Part shown: positions 20,479 through 43,730 of the stretch, piece by piece | Layout of the letters: the number at the start of each line of letters is the position of its first letter | How positions within the stretch are numbered: position 1 is the stretch's first letter | NCBI GenBank assembly: GCA_964035545.1 | Contig: OZ037767.1 | Location: 13,129,801-13,193,800 of the forward strand | Direction of reading: 5' to 3' | DNA: 64,000 nucleotides | Source of the DNA: Bugula neritina | Lineage: Eukaryota; Animalia; Bryozoa | Notes under the pieces: model-generated | The model's database searches: none | Told to the model about the DNA's origin: nothing | What the model saw: only the letters and a program-made list of their open reading frames with translations | Position numbers and translations under genes: made by a program

Positions 20479-21256
20479 CACCGGCTTTCCATGTACCGAT
20501 CTCAGATCGATCTCGCTGAGATCGATCTGAGCATACCTCTCAGATCGATCGTTTTTCCATGAGAAGTGTCAGATCGATCTCACGGAGTTGCCTCCTCTTA
20601 AGTGAAGAGTACTTTAATAGTATAATTTGTTCACAAATCTGGATGATTAAAGCTGCTGAGGTTGAAAAACAAGATTGTTGATGTCTAAAATTTAATGGTG
20701 CTTGTAAACAATACGCAACAAAGCTTTTAGTGTAAAGTAATATAGCCAATTTAAGATAATCACTTTTAATTTTTTAGCTCAACAGCTTAAATAAAATTAA
20801 TAGCTATCTTGCAGATTATTCATAAACTTACAGGATTGTTAAGCTTGAAATTACGCAGCAAATAACTAATGAAAGTAAGTTTTACTAGTCATTTAAATTC
20901 AATTTAAATGCTCCAATTTTTTGTAATTTCTATTGACTATAATTTTATATAATTGGGTTTTTTTAATCATAGTACTGAAAGTCAAAGTTTTGGCATCTGA
21001 AAATGTGGCTATCGTAATTATTAGGTAATTTGCTTAGTAATTATCAATAAGTTGTCATTTTTATCAGCAGACAACATTTTAGCGAACAGTCTTTTTCTAC
21101 TTCTCAGATCGATCTGGAGTCTTTCCATGGATCGATCTCACTGAGATCGATCTGAGTTCGAGCTCTACAGACCGACCAGCTCAGAACGACTGAGATCGAT
21201 CTTTGACATCTTTCCATGGATCGATCTCGCTGAGATCGGTACATGGAAAGCCGGTG
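20479..21256. mobile_element. Non-autonomous DNA transposon (MITE), 778 bp, CAC...GTG termini
   Basis: Perfect 27-bp TIR CACCGGCTTTCCATGTACCGATCTCAG with AT on both sides (possible 2-bp TSD). Many subterminal AGATCGATCT palindromes at both ends, an AT-rich core and no transposase ORF. Confidence 0.88.
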
Positions 21257-22177
21257 ATTGTATCAGCACATTTTAGTGCAGGTGGAAGGGCAAAGGTAAG
21301 ATGTTAGGCCCCTAATTGAGCTCTTCAGTATAAACAACATCAATCAGATGAAGAGACTCATGACTTACCAAAAGAAGAGGTAAAGGTTATAGTATTTAGA
21401 ATTTCTAAGCAACATGGACGTGTGCTCTAATATTTTTTTATTTAATTACTTTTTGTGAAAACTACTGTCTGTTTATCAAACATATTTTACTTAAAAATGC
21501 ATGAAATGATAGCTATAGCAAGAACACGGCTATTACCTTCAAGTCTTAAAAATGTTCAGCTGATTAGGACTATATTGTTGCCCCATTTCTTTAATAATAA
21601 ATCTCATGCATGATTTTCAGCAGTGGCCTAACCAAAATATGCTATTTACATCAGCAGATTAATCTTGACGAACGTTGACAAGTGCTCTGATATAACATCT
21701 AACCTTCTGCGAGATATCATGTTTCACGCATGACTAATTGTAACAGTCAACAATGATTAATAGAGCAGAGGAAACAAGCGCGATAGTAGTCCTACTTCAT
21801 ATTCATTGAATCATTGAATAAAGTAGGATCTAGTTTTTGAACGAATACAGCTAGAATAATACTTTTACACCTAATACCAGGTGAAAGCTTCAAAGTTTAA
21901 AGAAATCTACGTCTATTTGTGCAGTACGTGGTATAACAAGTATTTATTTTATATAATTAAAAGTTTCAAGTAGACGTATTGATTATATAACAATCACAAT
22001 GAAACCGTACTGACTCTGAGGAGGGATACAGTATTACTATTGGAATACAATTGGAGGTCTTTAAAAAAGTTGAAAAAGCTGTCTGCCATCGTGATCGTTG
22101 GTAGAAAGACATAAGCTACAAGACAACCACACTCTCTGATACATGCTAGCTGTAGAGGAAACATAGTGTAAAATACA

Positions 22178-31602
<9,425 letters not shown>

Positions 31603-33235
31603 CATGTAATTAACTCTCATGAGAAATTAATTTGAAGTTATATAGCCACTATAAACTATGTACATCTCAATGACAACTAAAGTATTTATATGGAGTAACA
31701 GAGAGATTTTAATAGCCTAGGTTCTTTATATTTTTTATTATGGAATGGGGTTGGAAGAACATCACTTACTTTGCTATATTTTTTATCTAGAACATATTTT
31801 TTTCCCAATTCATTCATCATGGTGTATACCTACAAGGTTTTCATCTTAGTGTAATGATGACATCAGAGAGCTATGTCTAGTAACAGGAAATCATCATACA
31901 GCTGTATGCCGAGGAATTGTCAGCTCTCTGCCCACAAATCTATTTCAACAAATTATTTTGTGTCAAGAATGTATTCAGCATAAGCTTTGTGACAAGTGAA
32001 AGCAGCAAAGGTGTAATACACAAGTAGCTTCTGGTCCCTAAATATACATTATTTGTGAATTGTGGCCTTATTTATGTAAATTAATGCACATAGAATCATA
32101 TGTTATGGTATAGTTTACCTACATGCTCTACTCTAGTGTACTCTCGCTTGTACCCACTGGACTGTAAATATATGTGGTGTTTTTTATTTTTCAAGTCTAT
32201 TTTACTCCAACCTTTACAATATTATATTTTATAGACAACGGCTCAGTCATATGTATGGTGGTAAGGTGATATATTATGTATATACAATATACAGTCTTGT
32301 GTGGGACTACTCTATCTATAATATATTCATCATACAAATCACCAACAACCTGTTCTAAATCTTCTGAAAGCTAAACTACTGTGGCTATGTTTATGGTGCT
32401 TGTTCGTATACACAATTTTTATCCAATATTTCACATAGCTATACTGCTGTATTTTTATCTACTTTTACATGAGCTACTTTTAGTTTTGATATTTAGGTTC
32501 CATTTATCATATTGCTGTAGTGAGGATTTTAAAGCATACTTTATTATGAAATTACAGAAATTTCTCAGACAGCTTTAACTACCCCAGATGTGTTGGTTAA
32601 TCATTCAATATATTTCTCAAGAATCTAGAATTTAATCAACAAGTATGAAATTTGTATTATAATACATGTCTTATTTCTGTATTACAAGTTTTGGTGCTAC
32701 AAAATTGATCTTATACAGAACTTTTATGAAGCTTCAGTGAGCTAGCGTATAACAATGATTTTACCATCTTCAAAACTGCCCTAAAAGTTTGAATAAGGGT
32801 ACCCAAAGCTGAAGGTGCTGATTACTCAAAAATGTACTTTAGAGCAACAAAGGAATATTTAATTTAGAGCTAAAAGTAAAATAGGATAGCTAATGTGTCT
32901 TATAAGCCAAAATAAAAAATGTGCTAGCTTTGCAAACCTCTGAACTAGACAACTCCAACTTATTACCAAAGGGCGTTTACTCCTCCCCTAACTTGTCTAT
33001 GAAAAGAAGTTAAACAGCATATAAAAAAAAATATGCCAATTTATTACTATATTAAATAGAGGACAGACAACACTGAACTGTGGTATTCAATAAAATATAT
33101 TGTATATCAGAAGCTGAAAATATTAAACATCAATTCAAAAGAAACTATATTCCTGTATAATTTGATTAGTTCCAACAAATGAGCAAAGAATCCAGAGGCT
33201 CGAACATTTGGCAACAGAGATTGTGGGAGCAGAGG

Positions 33236-36200
33236 CTATGACAGCTGACCTGATTGCACCACTTGTCGGGCGTAGTCAGTAAGCTCCTCAGACGTTGCTG
33301 TGAAATTTGAATCTTTCCATTTCTGTTTAACTATCCCCACTCCTAGAGACAGCTTCTTTCCTTTGGGAATTCCCAACTCCATGAACACTTTGGCACTGAA
33401 TGGAAGGGTGGGTATATCCCAGGTCCTTAGGCTATCATATACAGTCCGATCTTTCATATATGCAGCTAACTGTATACAGCGCTTGTGACATTGCACTCGC
33501 TCAGAGCTACTGTCTACAATTAGGTGCTTGTAATACTCCGAGTTTCCTTTGCGGTAGCTCGATCTATTCTCTATCACGTACAACATGGTGGTGTATTCTA
33601 GCTTAGACATCTTCAGTCTCTTGTGTAATACTTCAACCTGCAACCAGGTGCATAGCAAGTTGGCCAATCAAAATACAGAATACAGAAAAATAACCAATGA
33701 ATTAGAAGTTACACACACTCAACATGTAGCCAGATGGTCACACTAACTAATAATTATGAAGAAGTTGTGAGGTCTCCTTTAGTTAAAATTTCCTATAAAA
33801 AGAGATCGGTAAGAGGTAACAGCTCTGATTAGATGCAGTCACTAAGAAACTTCAATAGCCAAATTTCTTTAATTGGCTATAAATTGTGGTTTGGAGTGCG
33901 AGTTGAAAACATCAAGAGAACATAACTTCTCTAGCAATCCCTTACAAATAGTAAACAGGCTAAACCTCTCTATTACAACACCTAACTAACGAGTGCAATA
34001 AGCATACGTATATATCAACTCTTCAGTGTTGTATACCAGAATCAAATCAGTCAGTTGAACCACTTCTAGACCGCCTGAACATGAATCAGGCTCATATAAA
34101 CTCCAGTACAAATCTGATGTAGTGTCTAGTTCACAGTATAGACTCAGATTAACCCACTTACAAGCAAGCATAGGATTTGTATTTCAGCATATGGAATAAG
34201 TAAACCAACATTACCACAGAGTGACACCACCAGACAGGCTCAAAGTGAACTAGTGAGTAGTTATGAGTCATACTTATAGTTAGAAACGTAGGACACACAA
34301 CTCCAAATTATTGAGAGAAACACTCAAATATACCACTAGCTAATTAAAGTGTGATACACTGTCACATGCATAATTATGGCACTTGATAATGCAACTTTTT
34401 CAGGTAATTGATTTTGACAAATTCAAGTAAAAATGTCAAAAATCAAGCCATTCATATTATAAATAGTCTTATATGGGAATTCACAGTTGGCTAGTGTTAA
34501 GTTACGTTTATACTTCTGCTGAAAAAGAATCCGAGTTTAAGTTAATAACGCTTGTCCGAGTACCCCTTATAGTCAAACTGAAACTCGTTGAAACCAAATT
34601 GATGCGGAAGCTTACTTTCAAAAAGTGAAATCTGACTCGCCTAATTGCTATTTGATGCCCTTTGAAAATGTCGTGAGTTAGTGAAGTTGACTGCATAAAA
34701 GCGATAATTGAGAAGGCGTAGGCGATACAATTATTAACATATAAGTCCATCATCTAATCGCCAAAGTCACAACTAAATAACAATGTTTACAAGGAGTTAC
34801 TACTTTTTTTGAGTATTATCCTGAAATCGGCCGATTAAGTTATCACAGTACAAAAAGTTTTATGAGTGGCTTTTACAATGCAATGCAACTCGGAGAAATT
34901 GCAACCCGGATAAATTGAATTTCTGACTGAAAATCGTGAAGGTATAAAGGCAGCTTAAAACTCGCACAAGTTTATGGTCACTATCCCTGTGAGAACCCCT
35001 TAATGAAAAGGATTTTTGTTAAATTGGGCTAAGGACTTATTCATATGTGGCACAGGAGGAATTATGACTGGATGCTTTACCTAACATCACCAATTACCTT
35101 TACTGGGAATCAAACTCATGACCTCATGTTTACTAAAATAGCGGCCCAGCCCCCAGACCACAGCTGCTCCCTAAACCATTCATATTATGACTGATTTTGT
35201 CAAAAATCGCTACTTCTCCATCCAATGAGCAACTTATGATATCGCAAGTGTACCTGTGGCAGATATAAGCATGCTCTTACCTCTTGCGTAGTGCGAAGGT
35301 AGGCTGACAGCACTGCTGCCTCCGTGATGTCATAGTCCTCAGATCTGGAATATACCTGAGTTAACGTTGCATCATCACCATCCTCTGGGAGACCTAGCAG
35401 CATTATAGCATATTGTATATTAACTATAGTTCTAACAATAGTGACTTTATATCATTATTATAGCACATTTTATATTATCTATAGCTCTAAGAGTATTTAC
35501 TTTATAGCAGCATTATAGCATATTGTATACTATCTATAACTCTAACAGCTGTGACTTTATAGCAACACTATAGCATAGTATTTATCATCTATAACTGTAA
35601 TAGTATTTACGTAAATGATGTTTCCATAAAGCTATATGACCAGCTCTAATTGGTCACGTAATTTGAGCCACAAGCATTACAAACATAGAGGTGAATTATG
35701 ACTAACTCTCGTCAGCCAGTATAACTCTAAGGTATATCCGTTACAAGAGTGACATCCCTCAGTCATCCTATACTTTCTCCTTAAAGATTCAGACTTCAAA
35801 CAGCCTCGATTTCAGTTTTAGTCAACTTATTTAAAAGGTTTATAAACTCGAAAACGGCTTGATTTATAATTTAAATCTAAAAGTTTTGACTTCGCGCAAA
35901 AAGTTCAAATACCGTTGCCAGTGACACATAAACATACCTATGTGCTGAGTCACGCCACATTCAGACATTTTCTTCACCAAGTGGTCGGCATACTTGCCTT
36001 TCAGTATTTTCTTTAGCTCCACCCATATCCGCTCCCCGGCAATCCCTAAGGAGACAAGAACTACGTATCACAAACTTTTGAAACCCTGGAGTGTGTTGAG
36101 AGTCTCCATGTGTTGAGGGTTTCAAGTCAACAGATAAACACCATGAATAAAAATATTCACAGGATTTGGGCACAGCCAGACCACCCTGTCAACCATCTTG

Positions 36201-38582
36201 AATATTTTGTCAACAAATAAAATAACCAACTACAAGCTAATTATAACGTTATGTTTTCTTCTAACTTTTGAAGCTTACAATTTAAAGCAATCCATACTCA
36301 GCCACTAGATTTGACCTTAGCATGTCTAGCAATTAGATCTAACAACTTGATTAAATAATTTGACTAAATGAAATCGAATTGAATAATGTTGCTTGTAAAG
36401 TTTTTCAAAAAGTCAAAAACTCTGATAAACTCAAACCTGCAAGCCCGGCAGCATTTCGTCGAATAGAGCTGAGAGTGCCAGCATCATGCCCGTCAGCCTG
36501 ACTTTTTATTCTTCCATAAAACCTGTTGAACACAGAAATATATTTCAATTACATTATCCTAATCTTATCACCTAACTGCATCGACAGGGTAAAGGTAGGT
36601 AATAGGTAGCTAGTAGGTAGCTAATATTTAACTAATATGTAACTAATAGGTAACTAATAGGTAACTAGTAGGTAACTAATCGGTAACTAATAGGTAACTA
36701 GTAGGTAACTAATCGGTAGCTAGTAGGTAACTAATATGTAACTAATGTGTAACTAGTAGGTAAAAGGCAGCACCTAAAGTAGCGCATTATTCTCAGGTAA
36801 TCTTCTTGGATCCTCTCATCTGCCTCCCCAACGAACCTGACTCGCTCATTAATCAAGTCATGAAACCCATCAAAGTAATCGTATAGAATACCATTCAAAT
36901 CTAAAACAGAAATTATTGCCAAAAATTTCCATTGTATCATGTCTTATATAATACAATACTAAAGAATACAATACAATACTATACTATACAACACTGTAAA
37001 GTACAATAGAATGCTATGCTATACAATGCATTGCTATACAATAAAATACAGTTCAATACATTATATTGCAATACCAAACAATGCAACACACAGTAATGTT
37101 ATACAATACTATACATTACAATAATATATTATACAATGCAACATGGTACAAAACAATACAATAAAATGCAATACAATAGAATGCTATGCAATACAACACA
37201 TTGTTATACAATATAAACCAATATAAGACAGTACAAGATAATACAATGCTGTACAACACAATAAAATACATATAATACAATGTTCTAAAATGCCATATAT
37301 ATCAATATAACACAATACAATGCTATACAATCCAATACACAGTAACACAATACAATACACAGTATCACAGTACAATACGCAGTAACACAGTACAATACAA
37401 AGTAACAATACAATACACAGTAACACAATACAATGCTATACAATGCAAGACACAGTAAGGCAATACACAATAACTCAATACAATGCTATACAATGCAATA
37501 CACAGCAACCCAATGTAATACACAGTAACACAATACAATACACAGCAACCCAATACAATACACAGTAACACAATACAATACACAGTAATACAATACAATA
37601 CACAGTAACACAATACAATACACAGTAACACAATACAATACACAGTAACACAATACAATACACAGTAGCACAATACAATACACAATAACACAATGCAATA
37701 CACAGTAACACAATACAATACACAGTAACACAATACAAAGCAATATAGAGACACTTTACCAAGAAACATGGAATTGACTGTGAGATCTCGTCTGTTGGCA
37801 TCTCGTTCCCAGTCCTGATGGAACTCCACAGCTTTAGCATGACGGCCATCGGTGAGTGTGTCACTCCTCGTAGTTGTGATCTCGTAGTTCTCCTACAGAC
37901 ACACGTTACACTCTATTAAATTACTGTCACACTGACAACTTTTCAGATACAACTGAGAGATAAATTCTGTATTTGGCTAATAGTAACGGAATTTAAATCT
38001 CACGCCTACCTTGTCATTGATGCGAACCGTTACCGTACCATGCTCGATAGCCCGGGATCCATATTCTAGCATTCGGACCCCAGCAGACGTGAATATTTCG
38101 ACCATCTTCTCAGGAGACGTTGTGGTAGCAAAGTCTATGTCATGAGGTAGAATCCCTTGAATGATATCGCGTGGCGCTCCACCAGCCATCCGAATTGTCA
38201 TACCGTGTTTTGTGCAGATTTCGTTTAGCTCGACAAGTTCTGGAGTAAACAATTCTGAAAATGCTGATAACACTTTTTCAGCAAGTTCAGGTGATAGTAA
38301 CTTTTCTTTAGCTAAATCTTTTAATGGCCTTGATACAGGCCTTGCCCTGCTAGTGTATTCTCTGGTGACTATCTTCATAGGGGGGCTGTCATGGTCTCTC
38401 CCATTGTTACTAGTAGCAGACTGTAGCTGATGTTTGCTAACCTCCGCCATCAATGATCTCAGCATAGGACCAACAGTACCTACACTGATCTTATGACTGT
38501 TATGGAGTGAAAATAGCTTAAACAAGTCCTGTTCAACCCGTCGTTGAAATAAAAATGTGTAAATAGTAGTTGAAGGTTTCAT
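33236..38582 (-). CDS. TRNT1: CCA tRNA nucleotidyltransferase (class II), about 513 aa, with an N-terminal extension
   Basis: Exons (minus) 38582-38010, 37892-37760, 36900-36774, 36522-36437, 36045-35938, 35393-35281, 33637-33236, totalling 1542 nt in frame. Motifs: RMAGGAPRD...[42 protein letters not shown]...[32 protein letters not shown]. Confidence 0.93.
34960..35171 (-). mobile_element. tRNA-derived SINE, copy 5 (TRNT1 last intron)
   Basis: Same body and head as the other copies. Confidence 0.85.
36590..36762. repeat. 11-bp minisatellite (TAGGTAACTAA)n
   Basis: Tandem degenerate units in a TRNT1 intron. Confidence 0.9.
36950..37745. repeat. (CAATA)-based satellite with a 20-bp higher-order unit CACAGTAACACAATACAATA
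   Basis: Fills most of TRNT1 intron 2; explains the C/V/L/Y-rich ORFs at 37184-37864. Confidence 0.93.
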
Positions 38583-38928
38583 CTACTTAAAAACTTCTAA
38601 AAACAAAAAAAAAGTAAAATCAACATGAAGTATTAATTTAGAAATAAAAATACAATTACTTTTACAGCAATTCACAAACCACCCAATAAACACATTTTTA
38701 TCAGTGTTGTTCAAACCAACAGCTATGAGCTGCAGGTAAAAGCATATTTCGCACCAAAATGAAGGCATTAAAAAACCTAAGCTAAAAGTTTAACTAAAAA
38801 CCAGCACAATGTATGACTATTAAATTATTAATCCTTTTCAATCCAGATTTTAACGCTTTGATTTGAGTTAGTAGGATAATCAAGATATTATTTATTATTT
38901 ATATGTCACAATCAATCATATAAATAAC

Positions 38929-40741
38929 CAGGGATGTAGTGGTACCCATACGGTCCCATACGCCGTATGGCCTAGAAGAAAATAGACTGTTCTAGGCCAT
39001 ACGCCCGTATGGGCATATTTTTGAAAGATGATTAGTGCACAGGATAGTTTGGGCATCCTCACTGAGAATATCATAAATTTCGCTAACAATCTAATTTAAG
39101 TTCTTGTTATGTTAATGCTATGTGGGTGGCATGCGTGTTGCCTACTTGTGATTGTTTAGCCTGAGATTACACTATGAATACTATGCAGCTATCAACATTG
39201 CATCTTCTTATCTCTACGTGTTCATTGAAGCGCGAAGTGCTGTGCATTGGTGATTACTAAGGAAAAAATCTTTCATTTTCAGTGTATAAATCACTAACTT
39301 GTAGAAAATCTATGAAGGCTATTGACAAGATTGAACAAAAAATTTACCATGCATAAATTTCTCAGGTTTCCGACAGTGTTTGTTCTATTCGAATACCATG
39401 CTTTCCTGCTGAGATATTTGGCAGGGATTGAAAAATAAACTTTTCAGGTAAAATTGGCCAAAAATGGGTAGATTTTTGTCGATAACTTTGCAAAAAAATA
39501 TTGAAAACTCAAAAAACAGGTGCTCTGAGGAACAGGAAGATCTAAAACATGGTTTTTAAATTTTAATTCTAGCACAATTAAGTGAGGTTTTATTTGGCAG
39601 GACTGAATTCTTATAATATACCAATAATGTGGCCTCAGCAAGGCAGTGACAGCTAGAAGGTTGCCCTTATCTATCTTGTGCGGACTTGCATTTTGTCAAT
39701 AAGCAATGGAATTTGGAAAAAACCAACATGAAATCCAGAAATAAAATCAAAATGTCTTCAAGAAACAGTACCAGGTGTGTAGGAGAGGTTAATGAAAATT
39801 TATCACTGAGGTCTACAGGTACTATATCCACATTTTGGTCAAAAACCTAGCATTATTGCATGTTAATTATCAATGCAATAAGGTTTTGCAAACTGTACAC
39901 CACCATAAGTAACCTTTTATGTTTGATTGTACTAACGTCTGGCTTTACATTTAATCATCTTCTAGGTTAACACATATTAAACCTGTCAAATTTGTTCTTT
40001 TGGGGTATATTTCCTTGATGTATCTAGTGGAAGCTCAGGGGTTTTATTTTAAAACCAAGTTAACATACTTTTCTTGGGTGTGCTTTATATTGTGTGTAAG
40101 GAGGTGTGGCGGTATCACCTTATGGATTAGACTATAGTACTCTAATAAACTCCAAATAGGTTTTCAACCAATTTCTGCTTGCCAATGAGTTATCAACTCA
40201 AATTGCTCTTTATAATTAACCAACACACATTTTCTGATTAGCAATCTTCCTCTGTTCTGATCTATTATTCTTTTTCTGTGCACAGCACTGTATTAGTTAT
40301 TTAAAGTAATCAGGTTGCATTTGGAGAGCACTTGTTACCTGCCTCTATCCTTCCATCTTTTTGAGATATTCAGCAATTTTTCTGTACAGGTTGGACTTAG
40401 TGTCAGAATAAACCTAACTGCAGTTGAGTAAGACTACATTACATTACATTACAGTCAACAGGTATAGGACAAGACTGAATATTTATATAGTTTGCAGCAA
40501 TGCCCAGTCGTCATGTAGCTGGTATGGTATGAAAATAATAGCGAGGTGCACATTTCAACATAGATTTTTTTCAGAAGAATTATAATTCACAATGGCTTTA
40601 AATTGCATAAATTTGCATCAGAAGTGCTCTGAGGGCTTCGGTGGCCGGGGCGCTGCCCCGGACCCCGCCGGGGGCCTGGGCGGCCCCCTGGACCCCCGGC
40701 CTGAGAGTATGGCCAAGAATATTTTTACCACTACATCCCTG
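38929..40741. mobile_element. Non-autonomous hAT-superfamily DNA transposon, 1813 bp
   Basis: Perfect 16-bp TIRs CAGGGATGTAGTGGTA/TACCACTACATCCCTG and a perfect 8-bp TSD TAAATAAC (38921-38928, 40742-40749). GC-rich subterminal block at 40632-40702 and no transposase ORF. Confidence 0.93.
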
Positions 40742-41276
40742 TAAATAACGTTTAAATATTATCTTTATAAATATCAGGGTCACAAAAATTAATTTTAAAA
40801 TAGCCATAACTAAAGTATTATTTTTATTTGAAAAGCTAAATATTTATAACGACCAGCCGATCTTTTATTAGATTAGTAAAAATATTTAAATGTGGGTGAC
40901 ATGTTGAGTGTCGACTGAGTCATAGACTTGCAAGTTGAGAATCAAGTCATTTGAAGTCAATCAATATAATTGGACTAACATTCTTTTTCAGAGTTATGAC
41001 AGCTACCTACTGATTTTAAATCACTTTAACTCCGCTTTGAGTATGATCAAACAATTTTCAAGTTATACTATCAGTTTCAGCATGCGTATAACCAATATAA
41101 GCATTGGCATTGTTATCATTTACCTACTCAACTGACCGTGATGTCAGTTATCTTTATCACTATCATTATGATTATTACATCATAAAAGTTAAAATACTTG
41201 CATTCATTATGATTATCATTATGGTTATTATATCATAGACTTATAATTAGATCATATAATAATTAATATTATTATC

Positions 41277-42412
41277 GGGTATATGATATTCATGAATGCA
41301 GGACATTTCGTACACAAGTTGTCTCATACGCATTTTTTTTAGATTTTTTCGTACAAATCTGATAAGTCGTTTAGTACACATCGATATAAATTAATTGAAA
41401 TACTTTTTTTTTATTATTTGATGAGCGAGTCATACAGTACTGCTCACAAGTAACTTGCACATTTCATTTCCCCACATGCTTATTTATTATTGTGATATGC
41501 AGATGTTAGGGGAAAACTGCTCTTTTGGTTTAGATATTGTTATCAGTAGATGACAGCGCATAAATTAATATTAAATATAAAACATTGAGAGGTGTGAAAG
41601 ATGAAAGATACATGCTGGGATGCAGTAAATAGGTAAACTAGCATCATTGAAGTGGTTATCCAGTGGTTTAATTTCTTATTTATTTCGTTTACGAAAAGGA
41701 CAGCAGTTTGTGTATGCAATGACCATTTTGTATACGAAACGACTTGTGTATGAAACAAATGTAACAGGTAACCCGATATCCATACATAATATTGATAGGG
41801 TCATTTTACTTAATTTAGTGCACACTATATACATTAACTCTAGTTTTTAGCCATTTTTACAATTTAGCTGCTAATGTATATGATTTCTTGCCTTAAACTA
41901 ATAGAATAGTAACACACACAGCTAAATAATTAAAGTTTTTTTTCAAATTTGGTTAATTTTCTATGTTCTTTCTAAATTATTTAGTAAATTGGTATTTGTG
42001 GATGTGATGGTTTTTTCATCACTAATGCACATATATATTTATTATTTAGCTCATATAGATCAATTTATTAAATATAAAACATTGAGAGGTGTGACAGATA
42101 AAAGATACATGCTTGGATGCATTAAATAAGTAAACTAGCATCACTCAAGTGGTTATCCAGTGGATTAATTTCTTATTCATTCCGTGTACAAAAAGGACAG
42201 CAGTTTGTGTATGAAACGGCAATTTTGTATATGAAACGACTTGTGTATGAAATGACAGTAACCTGATATTCATACGTAATATTAATAGGGTCATTTTCGG
42301 GTCATTATTATGGATTTTCTAAGTTTTTTTAAATTCTTTAGTAAATTGGTATTCGTGGGCGTGATGGTTTTTTCATCACGAGCGCACATATATATTTACT
42401 ATTTAGCTCATA
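41277..42412. mobile_element. Degenerate MITE (about 41277-41775) whose right half plus flank is tandemly duplicated
   Basis: Left end gggtta..catttcgtacacaagttgtctcatac is the inverse of gtatacgaaacgacttgtgtatgaaa..gtaaccc. Segment 41568-41807 repeats at about 42067-42297, and 41980-42056 at about 42337-42412. Confidence 0.7.
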
Positions 42413-43634
42413 TGACAATGATGTTGAACTATAATGTTGATTAATCCCGTTCCAGCCTTTATTTATGCATAATTAGACTCAGCACATAAAACTACCACAT
42501 ACAGTCAATTTTAATAAGTTTTGAGCAAACTTTAATGTGTGGTCACTGGTCATAACTTGCTGATGTGAACTAAATAAAGCAAATAGACTCATTAATTATT
42601 ATTTATTATTATATGCAATAATTAAAATATTATAATATATTAAGACATACTAATGTCTAATACTAATAGTTATAATAATACTAAAAGCAAATATAATTAT
42701 TAATTATAATACTAATACCGTAAATTTAATAGAATGTACTAATAGTAATACAATATTACTAATGCTAATAGTAATAACAATACAAATACTAACACTGGTA
42801 ACAGTATTACTATTAGTATTACTATTACTATAACTATTACTATTAGTATTAGTAACAGTAATAATTCATCATGTCAATGCCATGTCAAGTTAAACTAATT
42901 AATATTATGATTATCATTATGATCATGATTGTTATCATTAAAATAAAGTTGAACATTCCTTTCAACTTCTTCATTATTATTATAATCATTATCATTATCA
43001 TGCCAACTCTAACAGTAACAGTAATTGACTAATTCTAACTCCAAATCTAACAGTAACAGTAACAGACTCACTAACAGTAACAATAACACTAACAGTAAGT
43101 GTAACACTAACTGCTGTCTACGCGTAACAAATAACAAGTATTACTAAGTGTAACACTAACAGTAACAACAAGTTACATTTACACTTACTCTTAGTCCAAG
43201 TCTTACAGTTAGTGCTACACTTACACTTACAGTTACTCAGTTACTGTTACTGTTAGTGTTACATTTAGTTTTACAGGCAACAGCATGAGTTAGAGCTACT
43301 AAATTATAGATCATTTGCCGTATTAGGTTTATTTTTTAGAGCAAAATAAAAAACTTGTGCTTCATTTTGTTTTTTAAAATTTACTGGAACTATTGACTTT
43401 AAGATAGAACTTTCTATTGAATTGGAATACATGTTCGTGGTATTTTCCATCTCCATGAGATTGAGTGGAACCATTGAATAAATGTTTGTAATTAGTGAAT
43501 GGAACCGTTGTAATTAACTTGAGCTCACCAAAAAATTTATTTAAAGACTAATTGTGCACAAAATTCATATCGTCAAACTTCGGCAATGTTCCCACGTTAT
43601 AAACGCTTATCCAAAAAAATTACAAGCTAAATTG

Positions 43635-43730
43635 TCATTATTGGCTATACTTAAACAAGAAACTCAGTAATTGGCTAGAAAATAATGTTTTCCTCGCGCA
43701 AGCCATGCGGTTGAAAGCATGAGTCAGCAA
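43635..43730. promoter_or_regulatory. Candidate promoter between divergent TRNT1 and the p53-family gene
   Basis: Two ATTGG (inverted CCAAT) boxes exactly 30 bp apart (43640, 43670), a CpG-containing TTTTCCTCGCGC motif and TGAGTCA. These sit in a locally GC-richer island between low-complexity AT tracts. Confidence 0.4.

Noticed and set aside
34507-34950. Possible MITE with TTATAC..GTATAA ends in a TRNT1 intron (similar-looking segment at about 60940-61265)
   Set aside because: The terminal match is too short to define an element from one copy.
37184-37864. Cys-rich hydrophobic ORFs resembling metallothionein or keratin-associated proteins
   Set aside because: Intronic satellite read in several frames; only 37760-37892 is a real TRNT1 exon.
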